A DNA stretch of 64,000 nucleotides from Octopus vulgaris. Its lineage: Eukaryota. The position numbers and the translations under genes were made by a program. Shown one piece after another: positions 26,241 through 40,894 of the stretch (its first letter is position 1; each line of letters begins with the position of its first letter). The notes under the pieces are model-generated. The model did not search any database. It saw only the letters and a list, made by a program, of their open reading frames with translations, and was not told where the DNA came from. The stretch covers positions 89,156,001-89,220,000 of the forward strand of contig OX597817.1 in NCBI GenBank assembly GCA_951406725.2. The letters are read 5' to 3'.

Positions 26241-27465
26241 TATTTATATATTTGTATTTGGTAAAGGAAACGGAAGATGAGCTTAGTACCTATCTTTGTT
26301 CAACACGATGATCGTTTCGACTCATCCTGCAATTGTCCCATGGGGGTAGGATATTGTGCATGTGGTTGCGTTGCATCAATCAGTTCAGACTGATACATGT
26401 AAATACATGTATGTATACGTACACACATATACATGTACGTAAATACATTTATGTATGCATGTGTGTGCGCGTGTGCGTGCGCGCGTATATATATATACAC
26501 ACACACAGACACACACACACGCACACACATATAATGTTCGACCGCCTTGACAATATACTCTTTGTATTAGCATAGATGTAGTCGAGTATTTCGTGGATAG
26601 GTATACCCTTCAAGTAATCCTCAGAAGAAAACAGCCTTACCTAGCAACAATAGTCATTATCCCTAATGAATTTTCTCCTCGTTACTGGTACAATTTCTGT
26701 TGATTAAAAATTACACGTGAAACACTACATGTTGTATTTCAGACTACCGAACGGCAAAGCTGATGACAACTGGCCACACGTAACATATTGTGTCCTACCA
26801 TGTTAAAAGCAAGATATCAAAAGCGACAAATGCGATACATGCGAACAAGTTTTTCTACCACAGTTTAATTCTCATTAAGTGCCAATCATCACGATCATGA
26901 TGATGATGATGATAATCATCATCATTACCATCAAAACATCATGATCATCGTTGTTGTCGTTGACGGTGTCATTGATGACTATTAGGATCATCATGATTTT
27001 CATCATTATTGTCGTCGTCATCGTCATCGTCATCGTCGTCGTCATCATCGTCGTTATCATCGTCGTCATCGTCTTCATCGTCATTATCTTCGCTGCCGTT
27101 ATCGTTGTCATTGTCCTCCTCCTCCTGCTCCTGCTCCTCCTGCACCTACTCCTGCTCCTACTCCTGCACCTACTCCTGTTCCTGATGCTGCTGCTTCTCC
27201 TCCTCGTCCTCCTCCTTTATCTCCTCCTCGTCCTCCTCCTTAACTTCCCCTACTAACCTTCCTCCCCGCATGCTACTCCTCCACCTCTTCCTCACCAACA
27301 TCCAATTCAGCAACAATGAAATTATAGCCTGTTTAATATTCATTGTGTAATGTATAATTTTAATTATTTCAAAACAACAATGGCAACAACAAAAACAATA
27401 ACAATAATATTGATGATGATGATGATAATGATGATGACGATAATAATAATAATAATAATAATAAT

Positions 27466-27548
<83 letters not shown>

Positions 27549-28051
27549 AATAATAAATTCTTGTTTATGATGAGTGTAAGATGCTTGAAACGTTGAATTA
27601 AACAACATGGCTTTGATAACCTTATCTTTGATCTATCAACAAGTTTAATGTAAAAACATTAAACTTTTAAAGAGGAAGAGAACGAACAAACGAGAGAGAA
27701 AGATAGTCAGAGAGAGAGAGACAGACAGAGAGGGAGAGAGAGGAGGGGTAAAGAGAGAAAGGGAGGATAGAGAGAAAGAGAGCTCGAAATGGAGGAGTTC
27801 AAATTCAATTCGTTAATGTGACACAAGGTTGGTCGTCTCTTGAATTATATGCGCACACATAGTCATAAACGTGCACATGTGTGTCATATATGTATTTATG
27901 CATATGCATGTGAATATATACGTGATTGTATATATGTATGTATGTATATATATGTACACATTTATATTATATGTATTATATATATATATATATATATACA
28001 TACATACATACAGATATGTATATATACATACACAGACAGACAGACAGACAG

Positions 28052-28086
<35 letters not shown>

Positions 28087-28298
28087 CACACACACGCACG
28101 CACACGTAGAGGAAGAATCGAAACAACGAAAGTTTAGTGTGTTGCGATCATTGAAGAATTCATTGTCTGTTGATACATACACACATGCATTCATACATAC
28201 GTCAAAACTTATGCATATACATATATATATATGCAAATATATGTATATACGTATATATGCATATATATGTATATACATATATATGCATTTATTTATAC

Positions 28299-28350
<52 letters not shown>

Positions 28351-29233
28351 GTATATGTATATATACATATATGCATGCATATGTGTAGACACACACACAC
28401 ATATATATGCACCTATATAACATGTGTATATATATATATGTATATATGTATATATATATATGCATATATATATATGTGTGTGTGTCTATACATATGTGTG
28501 TATATATATATGTATATACATATGTGTGTTTGTATATATATATATCAATATACATTCACATATACATGCATACACATACAAACACACACACATACACCAA
28601 CACATACGCGTCCACGTGCGTGTGTGTGCGTATGCGCGCACACACACGCACGCATGCACTCATACGTACGCACACACGCATACACGTACACACAAACACG
28701 CACATGCAAAATAACTCAGCAACACAGAATTCATTTAAAGGTTTATTTAATCATTATTTTAGTTTTTGTTGCTGTTGTCGTTCTTCTATTAGTTTTAAAA
28801 AAAAACGTTTTAAAAACGCAACAAAAGCTGAAAAAGAAAACGTCTCTACAATTTTTTGTTGAAATTTTAACTATTTTCTTAATATGTTTTAAGTTTTTTG
28901 TTCAATTGTTCAATGTATATATATATTTTTTTACAATTCTTTTAAAAATTGATGTTGAGAAACATTAGAGTCGTGGAGGGAGAATAAAAAAAATGGCCGC
29001 TGAAGAAACATTACAGAAGTTAATAGAGAGTTGTGGTGTAAGTAGACAGAACTTGAGGTAGTGATAGACAGCAGTGGAGAAATAAAGAGGGGGAGAAGTG
29101 TACAAAAGAGGAGGAGGAAATAGAGGAGTGATTGTTGTTGGAGGAGAAATAAATGAAGATGAGGGAAGAGGAAATACAAAGAACTAAGTGTGAAAGGAGC
29201 GGTTGAGAGATTATTGAGTGAGCATTACAGAGC

Positions 29234-29274
<41 letters not shown>

Positions 29275-29674
29275 AAGAGAAGTAAGGTGGTTGTTGTTAT
29301 TTAGCCGCAGGTTCCAACCGTAACTTTCCTGGGTTTTGGGGAGCATGTCTAGAATTGTTAGCAAATGGGTCTATTTTTTAAAATTTAGACGGTAGGATAT
29401 CATTCGAGGGACATATAGTTGTTATTTCTAGTAAACAAAGCGACTACATAATATATTGGTTAAATAAGGTGATAGTGGTGGCATATATGGTTGTTGGGCT
29501 TGTGGTGCTAACAGTGGTAACTGGAATTTTGTGATAGGTGTAGAGAGGCTAATTATGGTGACAATGGTGTTGTTGTTGTTGTTGTTGTTGGTTGGTGGTG
29601 GTGGTGATGTTGGCGTTGATGATATCTCATGTATATATATATATAATATGAAATATATACATATATATATTTAT

Positions 29675-30050
29675 TATATAAAATCAGTTCTGTCTGTCTG
29701 TGTGTGTGTCTTCTAGGGCATCCTCCATCCAATTGCGCTCAAATTTGTTATGTAGATACCAACGGTATCATGGAGTGTATAAGTCTTGAAAAAAATTACA
29801 AAAATCGATTCCAGGTGAGAATGCGAGCGATAATGCCGTGGGAACGTGTATTTGTAAAATCGTTTTTCTTGGAATAGAAAAAGTCTATCTTTATTTCTTC
29901 TTTTGCTGGTGTCTCAAATTTAGGTTAAATCAGTGTTTCTCAAAGGAGAGGCCTATGGGACGGTCGGACAAGTTGTTTTGAGAAAATTTGGTTTAAATGT
30001 TTGACAACTCAGCACCGTCCATTGGACGGGGGGTGGGTCGTTTTGCTCGT
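29675..30050 (+). mobile_element. Non-autonomous Helitron-like element
   Basis: 5' tatataaaa..tgtctgtctg..caaattt; 3' hairpin ccgtcca-t-tggacgg (30015-30029) followed by gctcgt (CTAG-like end). Confidence 0.5.
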
Positions 30051-30467
30051 ATATATATATAATATGAAATGGGATACATGGAAACTATATAGAATCTGTC
30101 GTATGAACTGTACCTGTAGTTCAATGTCCCAACCTCACACTGATTCTATCTGTGAATTATGTTAAGGGTGCAAGTGTCTGTGGAATACACACATGAAAAT
30201 TCAATGATTAGGTCATTCAGCCGATCGAACAAACTGGAGGCTCTTATGCTGAGAGCAACATAAGAGTTCATCGCATAAGCGCGCGCACACAACACACGCA
30301 TTTGCACCTGCGAATACACACAAACACACACGCATATCTAATATATTTAACTATTTGTATATCCCTCTCTCTTTCTCTCTCTATATATACATACATACGT
30401 ACACACACATATATATACATTGTGCATGAGGTGTGTATGTACATATACATGTATATATATGTGCATG

Positions 30468-30536
<69 letters not shown>

Positions 30537-30818
30537 CAACAATTGAGGGTAAAATTAATTAATTATTAATCAATTTCACCAAGTATTCAGTATGCAAAGG
30601 GACCATTTAAGGCGAATTCAAATTATTACATTATATAAAAGGGCTTAGTAAAATAAATTACTTTGCCACATACTGAACTCATTAGAAATAGTAGCTAAAA
30701 AAAACTTTTTAAAAACTATTTCTAATACTTAAAGAAAATCTCTCTCATATAGTGTTTGCTCAACTCAACTCACGAAAGTATGGGGGTAAAGACATTAAAA
30801 AATCAAATGCAAAGGTTA

Positions 30819-30874
30819 TTTGAGAACGTACGTTTCTAGATTAGTCAACTCGACATTTCTATCATCAGCTCAGA
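30819..30874 (-). ncRNA. Type I hammerhead ribozyme, copy 1
   Basis: Reverse complement of 31601-31656. Confidence 0.75.
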
Positions 30875-31378
30875 ACTCCTTGGTTTGGATTTGAAAACAC
30901 TGAAAGTGGGAGCATACCCTTTCGGCTTCTTATCGCTTCTGAAGATCTGCTCGAAACTAACAGTGCCAGCAAACTCAAAATATGCAAGCGAAGAATTTCT
31001 GCTCTCCCCTTTCCACCAGCGTGGGTTAAAATCAGCAAACACTATGCTTTTTCGGTAAAATCCGAAGCATTAAATAGAGAGAGATGAATTATAATTTCAA
31101 CAATTGAGGGTAAAATTAATTAATTATTAATCAATTTCACCAAGTATTCAGTATGCAAAGGGACCATTTAAGGCGAATTCAAATTATTACATTATATAAA
31201 AGGGCTTAGTAAAATAAATTACTTTGCCACATACTGAACTCATTAGAAATAGTAGCTAAAAAAACTTTTTTAAAACTATTTCTAATACTTAAAGAAAATC
31301 TCTCTCATATAGTGTTTGCTCAACTCAACTCACGAAAGTATGGGGGTAAAGACATTAAAAAATCAAATGCAAAGGTTA

Positions 31379-31434
31379 TTTGAGAACGTACGTTTCTAGA
31401 TTAGTCAACTCGACATTTCTATCATCAGCTCAGA
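31379..31434 (-). ncRNA. Type I hammerhead ribozyme, copy 2
   Basis: Identical to copy 1, 560 nt away on the same strand. Confidence 0.75.
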
Positions 31435-31600
31435 ACTCCTTGATTTTAACCCACGCTGGTGGAAAGGGGAGAGCAGAAATTCTTCGCTTGCATATTTTGA
31501 GTTTGCTGGCACTGTTAGTTTCGAGCAGATCTTCAGAAGCGATAAGAAGCCGAAAGGGTATGCTCCCACTTTCAGTGTTTTCAAATCCAAACCAAGGAGT

Positions 31601-31656
31601 TCTGAGCTGATGATAGAAATGTCGAGTTGACTAATCTAGAAACGTACGTTCTCAAA
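31601..31656 (+). ncRNA. Type I hammerhead ribozyme, copy 3
   Basis: Stem I TGAG/CTCA; CTGATGA 31607-31613; stem II TAGA..GTC gagtt GAC..TCTA; GAAA 31639-31642; palindromic ACGTACGT stem III; GTT cleavage triplet. Confidence 0.75.
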
Positions 31657-31835
31657 TAACCTTTGCATTTGATTTTTTAATGTCTTTACCCCCATACTTT
31701 CGTGAGTTGAGTTGAGCAAACACTATATGAGAGAGATTTTCTTTAAGTATTAGAAATAGTTTTAAAAAAGTTTTTTTAGCTACTATTTCTAATGAGTTCA
31801 GTATGTGGCAAAGTAATTTATTTTACTAAGCCCTT

Positions 31836-31907
<72 letters not shown>

Positions 31908-32674
31908 GTGTGTTTGCGTATGTGTGTATGTATATATATGAATATATGTATATATATATATACACACATACATATATGTATATATATACACATATAAATA
32001 TAGATGTACATATACATACATATATATATAAACGCATACGTACATACACATGCATATATAAGAATTATAATTATTTATATATGAATGCATACATATATAC
32101 ATACTTACATACATACATATATATACGTATAAAACACACACACACACACATATATATGCATATACGTATACATAAATGTTAAATGGAAAATTATCTTAAG
32201 ATCTAAACCCTTCAAGAATGGAAGCCAAAGATATTATCTTTGCATAGCAGAGAAAAAGCGAATACACAATAAACTATTTACCATGAACTATTTGAATACC
32301 AACATTTAACTGCGTCACTTGCCTAGCTGCTGACATATGTACTTATTTCACATTTTCTTCTTCATATATATATATATATATTCATTTTTCCTTTTATCTA
32401 TCTTCAGCTATATCCCATAGCTTATATATTCCCATCTTTTTCGTGATAGTGTATCCACTTCCTCCACTCTACCTTCTTGTATCGGACTTTCGTTTTACAT
32501 TTTTCTGCCATTAACATGTAAGACGTTTGACTGGAAATAACTGCTCTTTGCCATGTAAAAGTCGTGTCCTCAATCAAAAGAAGATACAGCTTATTATTAA
32601 TGTTTTTCAAAATGATTTTCTTTCAAAATAGAGCTAGATAAACAAAATAGAAGATTTGTTGCTACATTTCTTTT

Positions 32675-33366
<692 letters not shown>

Positions 33367-33367
33367 A

Positions 33368-33408
<41 letters not shown>

Positions 33409-33676
33409 CAAATGTGTGTGTAGCATACGCACACGCACACATTTATGTGTATGTATGTGTGTATATATGCATATATATATATACACATATGCATGTATAA
33501 GTGTGTGTGTGTCTGTGTGTTATATAATATACGTTTATGCAATATATATAATATATAATAAGCATTATATACAATTGTGTACATATATGTTATCTACATG
33601 TACGTATGTTTGTGTATGTGTACACGCACACAGATGCACACTCACACACACACGCACTCTCACAGGCATTCACACT

Positions 33677-33737
<61 letters not shown>

Positions 33738-34232
33738 ATCATGTGCCTGTCTAGATATTTACATTCTTCTCCGTTTTCCGTTATGTGCAACGAAATACTT
33801 TCCGTTGACATTCATGACAATGTGTGAGTTATTCTATTCGCTTTATTGAAGGCTAATCTAAATTTCTTATTGTTTTTATATTCAAGAAACCTTTCTTATT
33901 CCCAAGGTCCCGTTGATAATTAACTGTGTTAGACTATAACCGATCTATAAATTCTTCTGGTTTTCTTCAGGCAAAAGATACTAATTTCTAGGCATTCTAT
34001 CGCTTGAATATACTTGGTATAGGCACGAAATACTTTATGCAGGACCTATGAGCTGTGTTTATGTCTTGTGTAAGTCTTATATCACATAATCAAAAAGTTC
34101 GCATCACGTGGTTTCAGGTTCGGTTCTACAAGCAGCGTCTTCGCGAAATATCTTCTACATACAAAGCTGGAATCGATCTAAGCTTTAAGAAGATAGAAAT
34201 TGTAATGGAAGTTGTGTATATATATATATATA

Positions 34233-34286
<54 letters not shown>

Positions 34287-34309
34287 GAAGACATATATAT
34301 GGAAGACCA

Positions 34310-34345
<36 letters not shown>

Positions 34346-34351
<6 letters not shown>

Positions 34352-34470
34352 TGGTCTTCCATCACCAACCCTCTCCAGTCAGGGTTTGACCACAGTGTCC
34401 AGGAGCTTCAAATAGCCACCTGAATTGAACTTAAGTCCCTGTTCAAAGATGTGGGGATGAACTCTGGCGT
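34346..34470 (-). mobile_element. Tc1/mariner-superfamily transposase fragment
   Basis: Reverse complement resembles 36280-36400 (ccacatctttgaac..ggctatttgaagct..gtggtcaaaccctg). Confidence 0.65.
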
Positions 34471-35252
34471 GCAAACGCAAGAACACCTGCTGTGTCCTTA
34501 CCTGCTCCTTTAGTTATGCTCACCATTCGTGATTTGGTTTAATACCTTTTGCGGTGTCCATGTAATTGCAAGCGTTAAAAACAGGATTCAGACTTTAGGA
34601 TAACCCATGAGTCGGAATTCCTTCCTCTATTTTTTAATACCTCAAAAATGTTATCATGAGAGTTTGCCTTCTCCTTCTCACAAAGATATAAGCAAATTTA
34701 GTTAAAATGGGTGCAGTCTATAAACTCTGTGTACATCCTTCCTTATGCACACATTTGTTGATGGAGTCACAATTACAAACCAACTATACTGGTTACTAAT
34801 AATTTCTTGCAGAAAAGTATTTCCTCCCAACACTAGTCTGAGGGCAATCGATGTCTTTCTAAGAAATCAGAGAATATGAGATAGAGAGAATAAGAATAGA
34901 AAAGAAGATTCGTTTCCAGCACTGGTACTTATCGATTCCAAAAGGGTGAATTTTGAAGTTGATCTCAGTATAATTAGAAGTCGGAGTAGCAGAAAATATT
35001 TTATCCGACGCTCTAACGATTCTACAAGCACGCCGACTGTACACTATTCATAAAGTTGCTAATTTAGTTAAAGACTGTACAATCTGTATATCCTTTGCAG
35101 ATTTAACGTGGTTGTATGTTTCGCAAAAAGAAAGGTATTTTTTAAAATTAATCTCTTGTGAAAAATGAATTCAATGTTTACTAAAAAATAGCTACATATT
35201 TACAAGAAAGCTTTGTGATATACACCCAGATAAGTGTTTAATGAAGGATTGT

Positions 35253-35671
35253 TCTTTTATTTTTACTTGTTTTAGTCATTTGACTGCGCCCATGCTGGAG
35301 CACCGCCTTTAGTCGAGTAAATCGACTTATTCTTTGTAAGCCTAGTACTTATTCTATCGGTCTCTTTTTGCCGAACCGCTAAGTTACGGGGGCGTAAACA
35401 CACCAGCATCGGTTGTCAAGCGATGTTGGAGGGATAAGCATAGACACACAAACATATACACACACTTACATACGTACATACATATATATATATATACACA
35501 TATATACGACGAGCTTCTTTCAGTTTCCGTCTACCAAATCCACTCACAAGGCTTTGGTCGGCCCGAGGCTATAGTAGAAGACACTTGCCCAAGGTGCCAC
35601 GCAGTGGGACTGAACCCGGAACCATGTGGTTGGTAAGTAAGCTACTTACCACACAGCCTCTCCTGCGCCTA
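35253..35671 (-). mobile_element. Full-length tRNA-derived SINE
   Basis: High-identity reverse complement of 19725-20122. Confidence 0.9.
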
Positions 35672-35944
35672 TATTAATTTATAATATATTGTATACCAAA
35701 GTGTAGAATTTCGGAAAAAGATATTTAAGTCAGAAATAATCTATGAAACAAAAGTCACACACACGCGCGCGCGAACACACACACACACACGCATGTAAAT
35801 ACATAACGTATTGAAAATTCCAACTTGAAACCATGGGCTATATATCTAAGTGCCAAAAATTGAAGTTTGCAAACAAGCCATGAGTCTGGCTCCAAGTTCT
35901 GCTGTTCTCAAACTCGTAGAATAAAACTCAGTTATGAACTTATA

Positions 35945-36806
35945 CAGGGCGTTCGGGCCAAATTTGAAGATTTTTATATCTCCTTTCTTCAAGAACTGCT
36001 TGATGAATTGGCGAAGAGTCAATGGCGTTTGAGAGCATAAAGATTTAAAGTTGTAATTGAGAAAGGGTTACTTGATATGGAGGACTAGAGGCCCATCTAA
36101 ATACTAGAAAAGATTTACTTGTATGATGATGATTCGGGACGAAGTATCAAAATCCCGACATTATGACTGCTGTCCAATGCTCTGTGAACACTGCAAAGGC
36201 TGTAAGACGTGACATGAACAGCTACGAAACCGTAGCCAGCTGGAAGGGACACAAAATGTGTTCGTGCCTCCGCACTCTGGAGTTCATTCCCACATCTTTG
36301 AACTGGGCCTTAAGCTCAATTCAGAAGGCTATTTGAAGCTGCCGGAGACTGTGGTCAAACCCTGGTTGAAGAGGATTGCTGCTGAAAGCCATATATATCT
36401 GTGGCAGCAAGATTCGACTCCTTGTCATACATCCAGAAAATGTCAGAAGCGGTTGACTGTGAATTTCAACGACTTCACCAGCCCCGATTTCTAACCTGTC
36501 ACGCGATTATAATCCTATGGATTACGATGTGTGGGATGAAAGACACCAACTGCTCTGCCTGCACCATCAGGGAGGCCAAGATGAAGGAGGTGTTCAGAGA
36601 TCTTCCCAGCGATACAGTGAGGAGCCTATGCGCCCGGTTCTGAAGCCGTGGTGGAATATGAGGGCAGCTACTTTGACTAAAGTGTTATCTTCCAGCCATG
36701 ATATGATTGAGATTTTTTAACTTTATATAATAACATAATTTTGGATGGGATATGGTGTTTTGTTTTCCTTTTTATGTTAACTACCAAATTTAGTTCGCAT
36801 ACCCTA
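35945..36806 (+). mobile_element. Internally deleted Tc1/mariner-superfamily (maT/rosa-like) transposon
   Basis: Imperfect TIRs cagggcgttcgggccaaatttg / caaatttagttcgcataccct; TA flanks; YL..L..VVKPWL..WQQDSTPCHTS; PMDYDVW. Confidence 0.75.
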
Positions 36807-38533
36807 TATATATATATGCTCTTAACCCTTTAGTTATCATGTTTCTATTAAAATACACTGCTTTTGCTTCGATTAACTTTGAAAATAATCAAGAATTTAG
36901 TAATATATTTGTCATTGCAGGTATTTGCATTATAATTCAACATGAAATGTTGCTGGAAGGTTTTAATATGGATAATTTTAAAACAAGAAATTTATATCAT
37001 AAAACAAGGAGTGATCTCCGGTGGAGTGGCAACATTTCTTTATTAAATGGAGTTATTTTGTATTTGTGTACTAACACATAGTCTGTGAATGAGCCTGGCT
37101 GCAAAGGTGAGGATATTTGCAATGATGAAGCTATTTGAATTTTAATTCCATATATTTGTCCTCAAACCTATATCTGAATCCTAGGGACGCTTATATGACA
37201 TTTCAACTGAAATTTAACCTTAAACTTTGCCCAGCCGGAGACTCGATCAACAGTCGGGGATCGGCTCAGACATTCAAGTACTCTTGCGCATCTCTATGAG
37301 CTGGCACATAATACCCAAATTTCTAAGCCCGTATGGCAGGGTTCGATTGAACCAATGAATATAAATAGTGACGAGTCAGTTTTCATGACCAGTTACCTTC
37401 AGTAATCTCATATACTTGTGATTACACATCGCATATATTACAAATACCGGTGACCTAAACAGTGAAAAATTAATATATGATTACAGGTACCATGTAACTT
37501 TCTGTATTATTACTTCGTTTTTGGATTTGGTCGGCAAGATTCTTTATGTGAGTTCGTGTGTTGAAGCGTATTTTGTTGTGTCTGGGGAGAGTCGTTTTCT
37601 TTTGGTGCCTTTACAGTAAATACCAAAATGCATCTTCATCCTTCTCCACTTCATTCTCTGTTCTCCTGTACTACCTCCACATCAACTTTATGTCGCCATC
37701 GTATATCCCTATCCTTTATCCTTGTCATATCACGTTACATTGGTTTACTATCTATCTTATCTTCTATTTTAATTAATTAATTATTAATCATTAGCCAATT
37801 ATTTAATTATTTTGTTATGCAATTAACTATCTATTTACTTAATCTATCCATTTACTTATTCAATTATTTATTTATCCCTTTAGTTGTTTAATCATTTATT
37901 TAATCATTTATTTCGCCATTCTTTTAATAGGTTATTTATCTAATTACTATTCACAACGATCCCGCCTAATATTTTCTTTCTGTATTATTATTTATCTTAT
38001 CTAGTCTCCCATTCTTCTGAGTTCTGTATTTTATATATTTTTGCTTTGTTGGCCACATTGCATTATTTCTCTTTGATAGCAATCTGTGAGTTATTCCTTT
38101 GGCTTTAATACCTTTATTTTATTGCTGAATCACACATTTTACGAAGTAATATCGAGAGGCCTTGTTTTGCCAATGAGATGTTTGTTGTTCCACTATCTTG
38201 TACACGCATTTATTGTGGCTTTGTTTCTATAGTTATGCTATAAGGCGTCTGAAGCTTAACCATTACTAACAACAGCGATGATAGTTATAAATAATAACAT
38301 GTGCAAACACTAATGCCTCTAATATCCACTGTTGCGTACAGTTGACCTAACGGCAGAATAAGCATTTTCCCGGCATATACTGTTAGTGACGCATTGTCTT
38401 AGCTCTGTGGCAATTGCTTTCCTTGTGTATTCATTATTTTTATCGTCGTATATGTCACTGTAATATATATTTAAAGTTTCTTATATTATTGTAGTGTTCA
38501 AATACCATAATGCCTTCTAAGAACATATGTGCA

Positions 38534-38749
38534 CGAGGGGCTGCTGAAAAGTTCCTGGCTTCTGGTAAAAGAAAATACAGGAGGATAAGTCAATTATGAT
38601 TTTATTCAACATATTCTCTCTCAAATTCACACACCTATTGAAGCGATCAATCAGTTTTTCTAAGCCCTTTAAAAGAACTCGGAAGGTTGGGCCTCCAAAC
38701 AGGCCTTTCGTGATACCCTTAAAGCCAGGAACGTTTCAGTAACCCCTCG
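38534..38749. mobile_element. Mariner-derived MITE, copy 2
   Basis: Homologous to 24652-24868, with the same TIRs. Confidence 0.85.
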
Positions 38750-39229
38750 TATTAATCATTTTCTTCGCAAATACAAATATGTATTTGTACGGCTTCTGTT
38801 TATATGCTAATTAACCCCGCAAAATGCGAATTAGACAGGCTGGGGAGAAATTCACCCCTCACTTTCGAATAACGTTCTGCACAAACTGTTATGTAACAAA
38901 ACACTACCGATGTGATAAATTGATTCGTAAATTTTTACCCACCTATCACCAAAACCACCTCCATAATGCCATACTATTTGCATCTAAACACACTATCCTA
39001 ACATTAGATGAGCTGGAAACATAACACGCTCCAGACACTCTTTGTTATGTCAGGACAGTGAATTCTGGGTCTAAAAACACTGAAAAATTTTAGAAGTCTT
39101 GAAGGCAAATACGGCGTGGCTGAAGTGCTTAAAATCAAAAATCTATTTATACTGAGCTAACTATCGAAAATAGGAAAGAATACAAGCAGGGACGAGTGCA
39201 GTAAAGAAAGTTCTGTGATTTCGCTCGAT

Positions 39230-39960
39230 CGAAACGCCAGGAAAAAAAAAAACACCTTCAAAAAGTTTGATCTTAAAATAATCATAGAAAGCTATACGTC
39301 TCCCACCTTGTTGGATATAATGAGGAATCTAAAAGTAATTTCCTACAAACCACATATAAAATCTTACAACCGACCTCCCCGCCACACACACATTCAGATT
39401 CCAGCTATCTCCCAAATGTTATTAAATGAATAACTGACTCTCCCTTCTTGAAGTAACTTTCATAGCCAGGAACTCGCGCATAACCACTTCAAAAATGCAA
39501 TACCATATAACTTTCCCTCCACAAGCAACATAAAAAATTCTAGATCAGAGAGTTAAATACGATCTGGTTCAATTCACAGCCTTATAACACAGACAGCAAA
39601 ATAATTAGTTTCCTTAATCAACAAGCACTTCCGAAATAACAAACTTCAAAAATTATCCAAAAGGAACAACATAAAAACGGGTTATTTCTAAATCTCTTCT
39701 ATAAAAGGAATGATTTCGTTGTACAACTATGCAATCCTTCGAAACAATGCAGACCAATAAGAAGACAATTATATAATTGTCAGAATACTGAGTGTCCATT
39801 GATGATAAACAGAGCACGAGCAACTGCATCGTAGTAAAAAGCCGCTAAAGCTGGAAAATATGACAATACTGTCAAGCATTGGTCTTACCAAGTAGATTAT
39901 TTACAGCGTCTAAGCAATTAGAACTTATCCCGTGTGAAAGAAACAAATTTTTAGATTACT
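39230..39960 (+). pseudogene. Old Penelope-like element fragment
   Basis: KKFDLKIII..LLDI..NL..SYKPHIK; IWFN; LINKHFRNNKLQKLSKRNNIKTGY; NC..TECPL. Same motif order as 2028-3741. Confidence 0.65.
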
Positions 39961-40894
39961 GAACGAGTCAGTCTGGTGAACTATTTTCTTTTCATTTTAT
40001 CTTATAGACATATATCTTATGCTATATATACATGTCTTTGAAGAACTTTGATTTATATTCACTACTGACATAGATATAATTATCTATGAACTTATACTGA
40101 TGAGTTATAAATATTGAAACTTATCAGAAGACGTTGGTAAAAACTATTTAGATACAAACAATACTGTTCAGATAGATATAGTGAGTGAATTTTGACATTT
40201 ATCCTGTATTTTACAGCATTGAACATTAGTTATATCTACTCCTGAAAAAAAATTAGAAAGAAAAGCAGCTACTGGAAAGAAAGGAAGATGAAGGAACGTG
40301 TAAATTATACTACATGTCTATAAAAGAACACACACACACACACATATTTACATGTGTGTCTTTGTATATGTACATATGTATGCGTGTACGTACATGTATT
40401 TGTAAATGTATGTGTGTGTGTATGTATGCATATATTTGTGTATATATGTATGCATGTATGTATGTATGTATGTATGTATGTATGTATGTATGTATGTATG
40501 TATGTATGTATGTATGCATGTGTGCATATATGTATGTATGCATTTATAAGTATACAATTAGCCAAATTCTATGCAGTTTTTTAACTTCGATCAGGATAAC
40601 CTCTCCACTAATAAATTGATTAAAATTGCTTTTATAGAAGGAAGTAATAACAATGGGATGTATTGTCTGTTTACAATTAGTGTTTAATGAAGCCAATTTC
40701 TTTTTTTCTTTTTTTTTCTCATCACACATCCGCCATGTTTTTCTAAACTATGAACCCTGTTTTGATGCCATAGTTTCACTTGTTCCACAAGACAATGAAC
40801 AAGCTTTTATCGGGTCACTCGACTTATCAGAAATGCCAGGCGAATCCTCCACAAATCATATATCTTACAGTCTGATGTTTGTACATGTAAACAA

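Larger units (their letters stand above)
30533..31845. mobile_element. Non-coding hammerhead-bearing element: 1.6 tandem units of ~560 bp plus an inverted 405-bp copy
   Basis: 30533-30881 is repeated at 31094-31441; 31441-31845 is the reverse complement of ~30630-31034; (TA)n on both flanks; copies are nearly identical. Confidence 0.85.

Noticed and set aside
30938-30965. Second hammerhead core (CTGAAGA..GAAAC) on the opposite strand of the 560-bp unit
   Set aside because: The intervening tctgctc cannot form stem II, and stems I and III are not supported.
32422-32610. 62-aa minus-strand ORF
   Set aside because: No recognisable domain or splice support; possibly an old LINE remnant.
40097-40130. 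CTGATGAG..GAAAC downstream of the old Penelope fragment
   Set aside because: The position is suggestive but the helices do not pair convincingly.
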